Positions 62,451-64,000 of a DNA stretch of 64,000 nt are shown here, piece after piece. The DNA is taken from positions 6,121,474 to 6,185,473 of the forward strand of contig NC_057755.1 of the NCBI RefSeq assembly GCF_004010195.1. The letters run 5' to 3'. This DNA comes from Chiloscyllium plagiosum (lineage: Eukaryota). The translations under genes were made by a program, and so were the position numbers. The notes beneath the pieces are model-generated. The model was given only the letters and a program-made list of their open reading frames with translations, ran no database searches and had not been told where the DNA came from. Every line of letters starts with the position of its first letter. Within the stretch, counting starts at the first letter, position 1.

Positions 62451-64000
62451 GAATATTTGTAGCTCAGGTTGAGGTTCCGGGAAATGGCATGGTAAAACAG
62501 GCTAAGACAGTGGGATTGTTGTGTCGTCGTAGTCTTAGCAGACCATAGGAGCAGCTCTCTCATCAGAGGGAAGCGACTGATGGAGATGAACATTGGGCAA
62601 GCAGTAGTAAGGAAAGGGACGATGCTGAGAGGGTGTGTCCTTCATAATAACCTCAAACCTGTGATCTAAATTGAGGGCAAGTGTCATTGGGATTATTAAA
62701 GATGTTAAAAAATCAAGAAATAATTTACCAGTGAACGCCAATGTAATGGATCATGTAATTGAATTCAATATTACAAGTCTGGAAAAATAAAGTTATCCAA
62801 AATTCTGCACATCATGTCTTAACGAGCAGCAAATTCGGTTTACTACAGGCCCTGTGCTTGCTGACCCATAATGACTCCTGATGTGGTTTCATGGTTAAAA
62901 CACTATTATTACTGCGATATGGCTTGTACATTAACCTGTAAAATATCTACTGTGAAGATTGGATCCTTGTCGCGATAGATGTCTTGATGTTTATCATCAT
63001 TGCTAACAATACTAAATATTTGCATGTATGTAAAACTGCACATTTATAATTCTGTACCTGCTTTCTTGATAAAACAAATAGATACAAGCTGCAAATAGAC
63101 AATTAGCATTCTTACCGCTAGCATAATGGCAAGCATTAAGAAAAAGGAATAAATTCCCACTGCAATTTCATTGAAATATCAGGAATTTATGTAATAATGC
63201 AAGAGTTGTGAGGCAAGTAAAATTCACATACATGTCTTCAAGTCCCATGGCATTGCTCTCCATCAAACCTGCCCACACCGCCAACTTCTCAATTCTCTGA
63301 GAGGATTGTCATCGTCAAATTCTAGCCTGATGTGCATTCTTACTTAAAATTGCTTGCATTGCTGTCGGCCATTTCTTACATTCACCGACGTCACAAGCTC
63401 TGGAACTCTATGCCTCTATTTCTTTGCCTTTCTGTTACTTTCCTCTCTTTGTACCCTTCTTCAATTCTATGTCTTCAACCAAACGTGTTGTAATCTGTCC
63501 CAATAGCTTGAGTCATGAGAATTATTTTCTAATGTCTTGCAAGAAATTATATAAGTTGCTATTGCGCCAATATGGTGCAAGTGGATTGTCAACTAGGCAA
63601 ATATGGTGTTAAGTGCAGTTTCAAAAGAGAATGGGCCTATTTAGTCTGACAAGTCTTTGCATTTGTGATTATGCTTTGTCATATTCATATGCTATCTCCT
63701 ACTATGATTCAGACATTTGAAAAAAGCACTTGTAAAGAGCAGAATTCGTTAAACGTTTTCTAATTTAGGAATCCAACTAATCACTGCCGAGATCTGATGT
63801 ATTTTGCCAACTATGAATGTGTATGCTTGTAATCAAGAGGATATAGTTTAATTCTGAATAGCAGCTCTTTTTCCTTATCAGTTTGCTACACGTTTATTAA
63901 AACACATATTCTTAAAGAATCACTGTTGATATTATTCAAGAAATTTAGAATAGTCTCTCTAGTTGTAATTTACAGTAGTTAAATACACAAATTGGCGAGT

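Noticed and set aside
62500..64000. Short ORFs and a possible L2-like tail near 63240-63480
   Set aside because: No recognisable protein motifs or splice structure; the repeat similarity is too weak to support.

Overview
Repeat-rich vertebrate DNA, almost certainly from an elasmobranch (shark or ray), judged from an HE1-type V-SINE, a SacSINE1/DeuSINE-like element and shark-type CR1 LINEs. The core is a minus-strand tandem array of four two-exon GPR139/GPR142-like class A GPCR genes, spaced about 11-12 kb apart. Copy 1 is intact: 312 aa, exon 1 at 19799-19733 spliced to exon 2 at 13840-12969. The ORF track misses exon 1. Copies 2-4 are pseudogenes. Scattered through the window are CR1 LINEs (one near full length, with an ORF1 esterase), SINEs, three solo LTRs, Gmr1-like Gypsy gag/SCAN fragments, and Penelope-like elements carrying minimal hammerhead-ribozyme cores. 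The right end holds a 5'-deleted endogenous retrovirus (pol, env, 3'LTR) abutting the end of a Gypsy LTR. It encodes a putative 2H (CNPase-like) phosphoesterase domain just upstream of RT. All family calls are from motif recognition by eye; no database searches were run, and TE boundaries are approximate.
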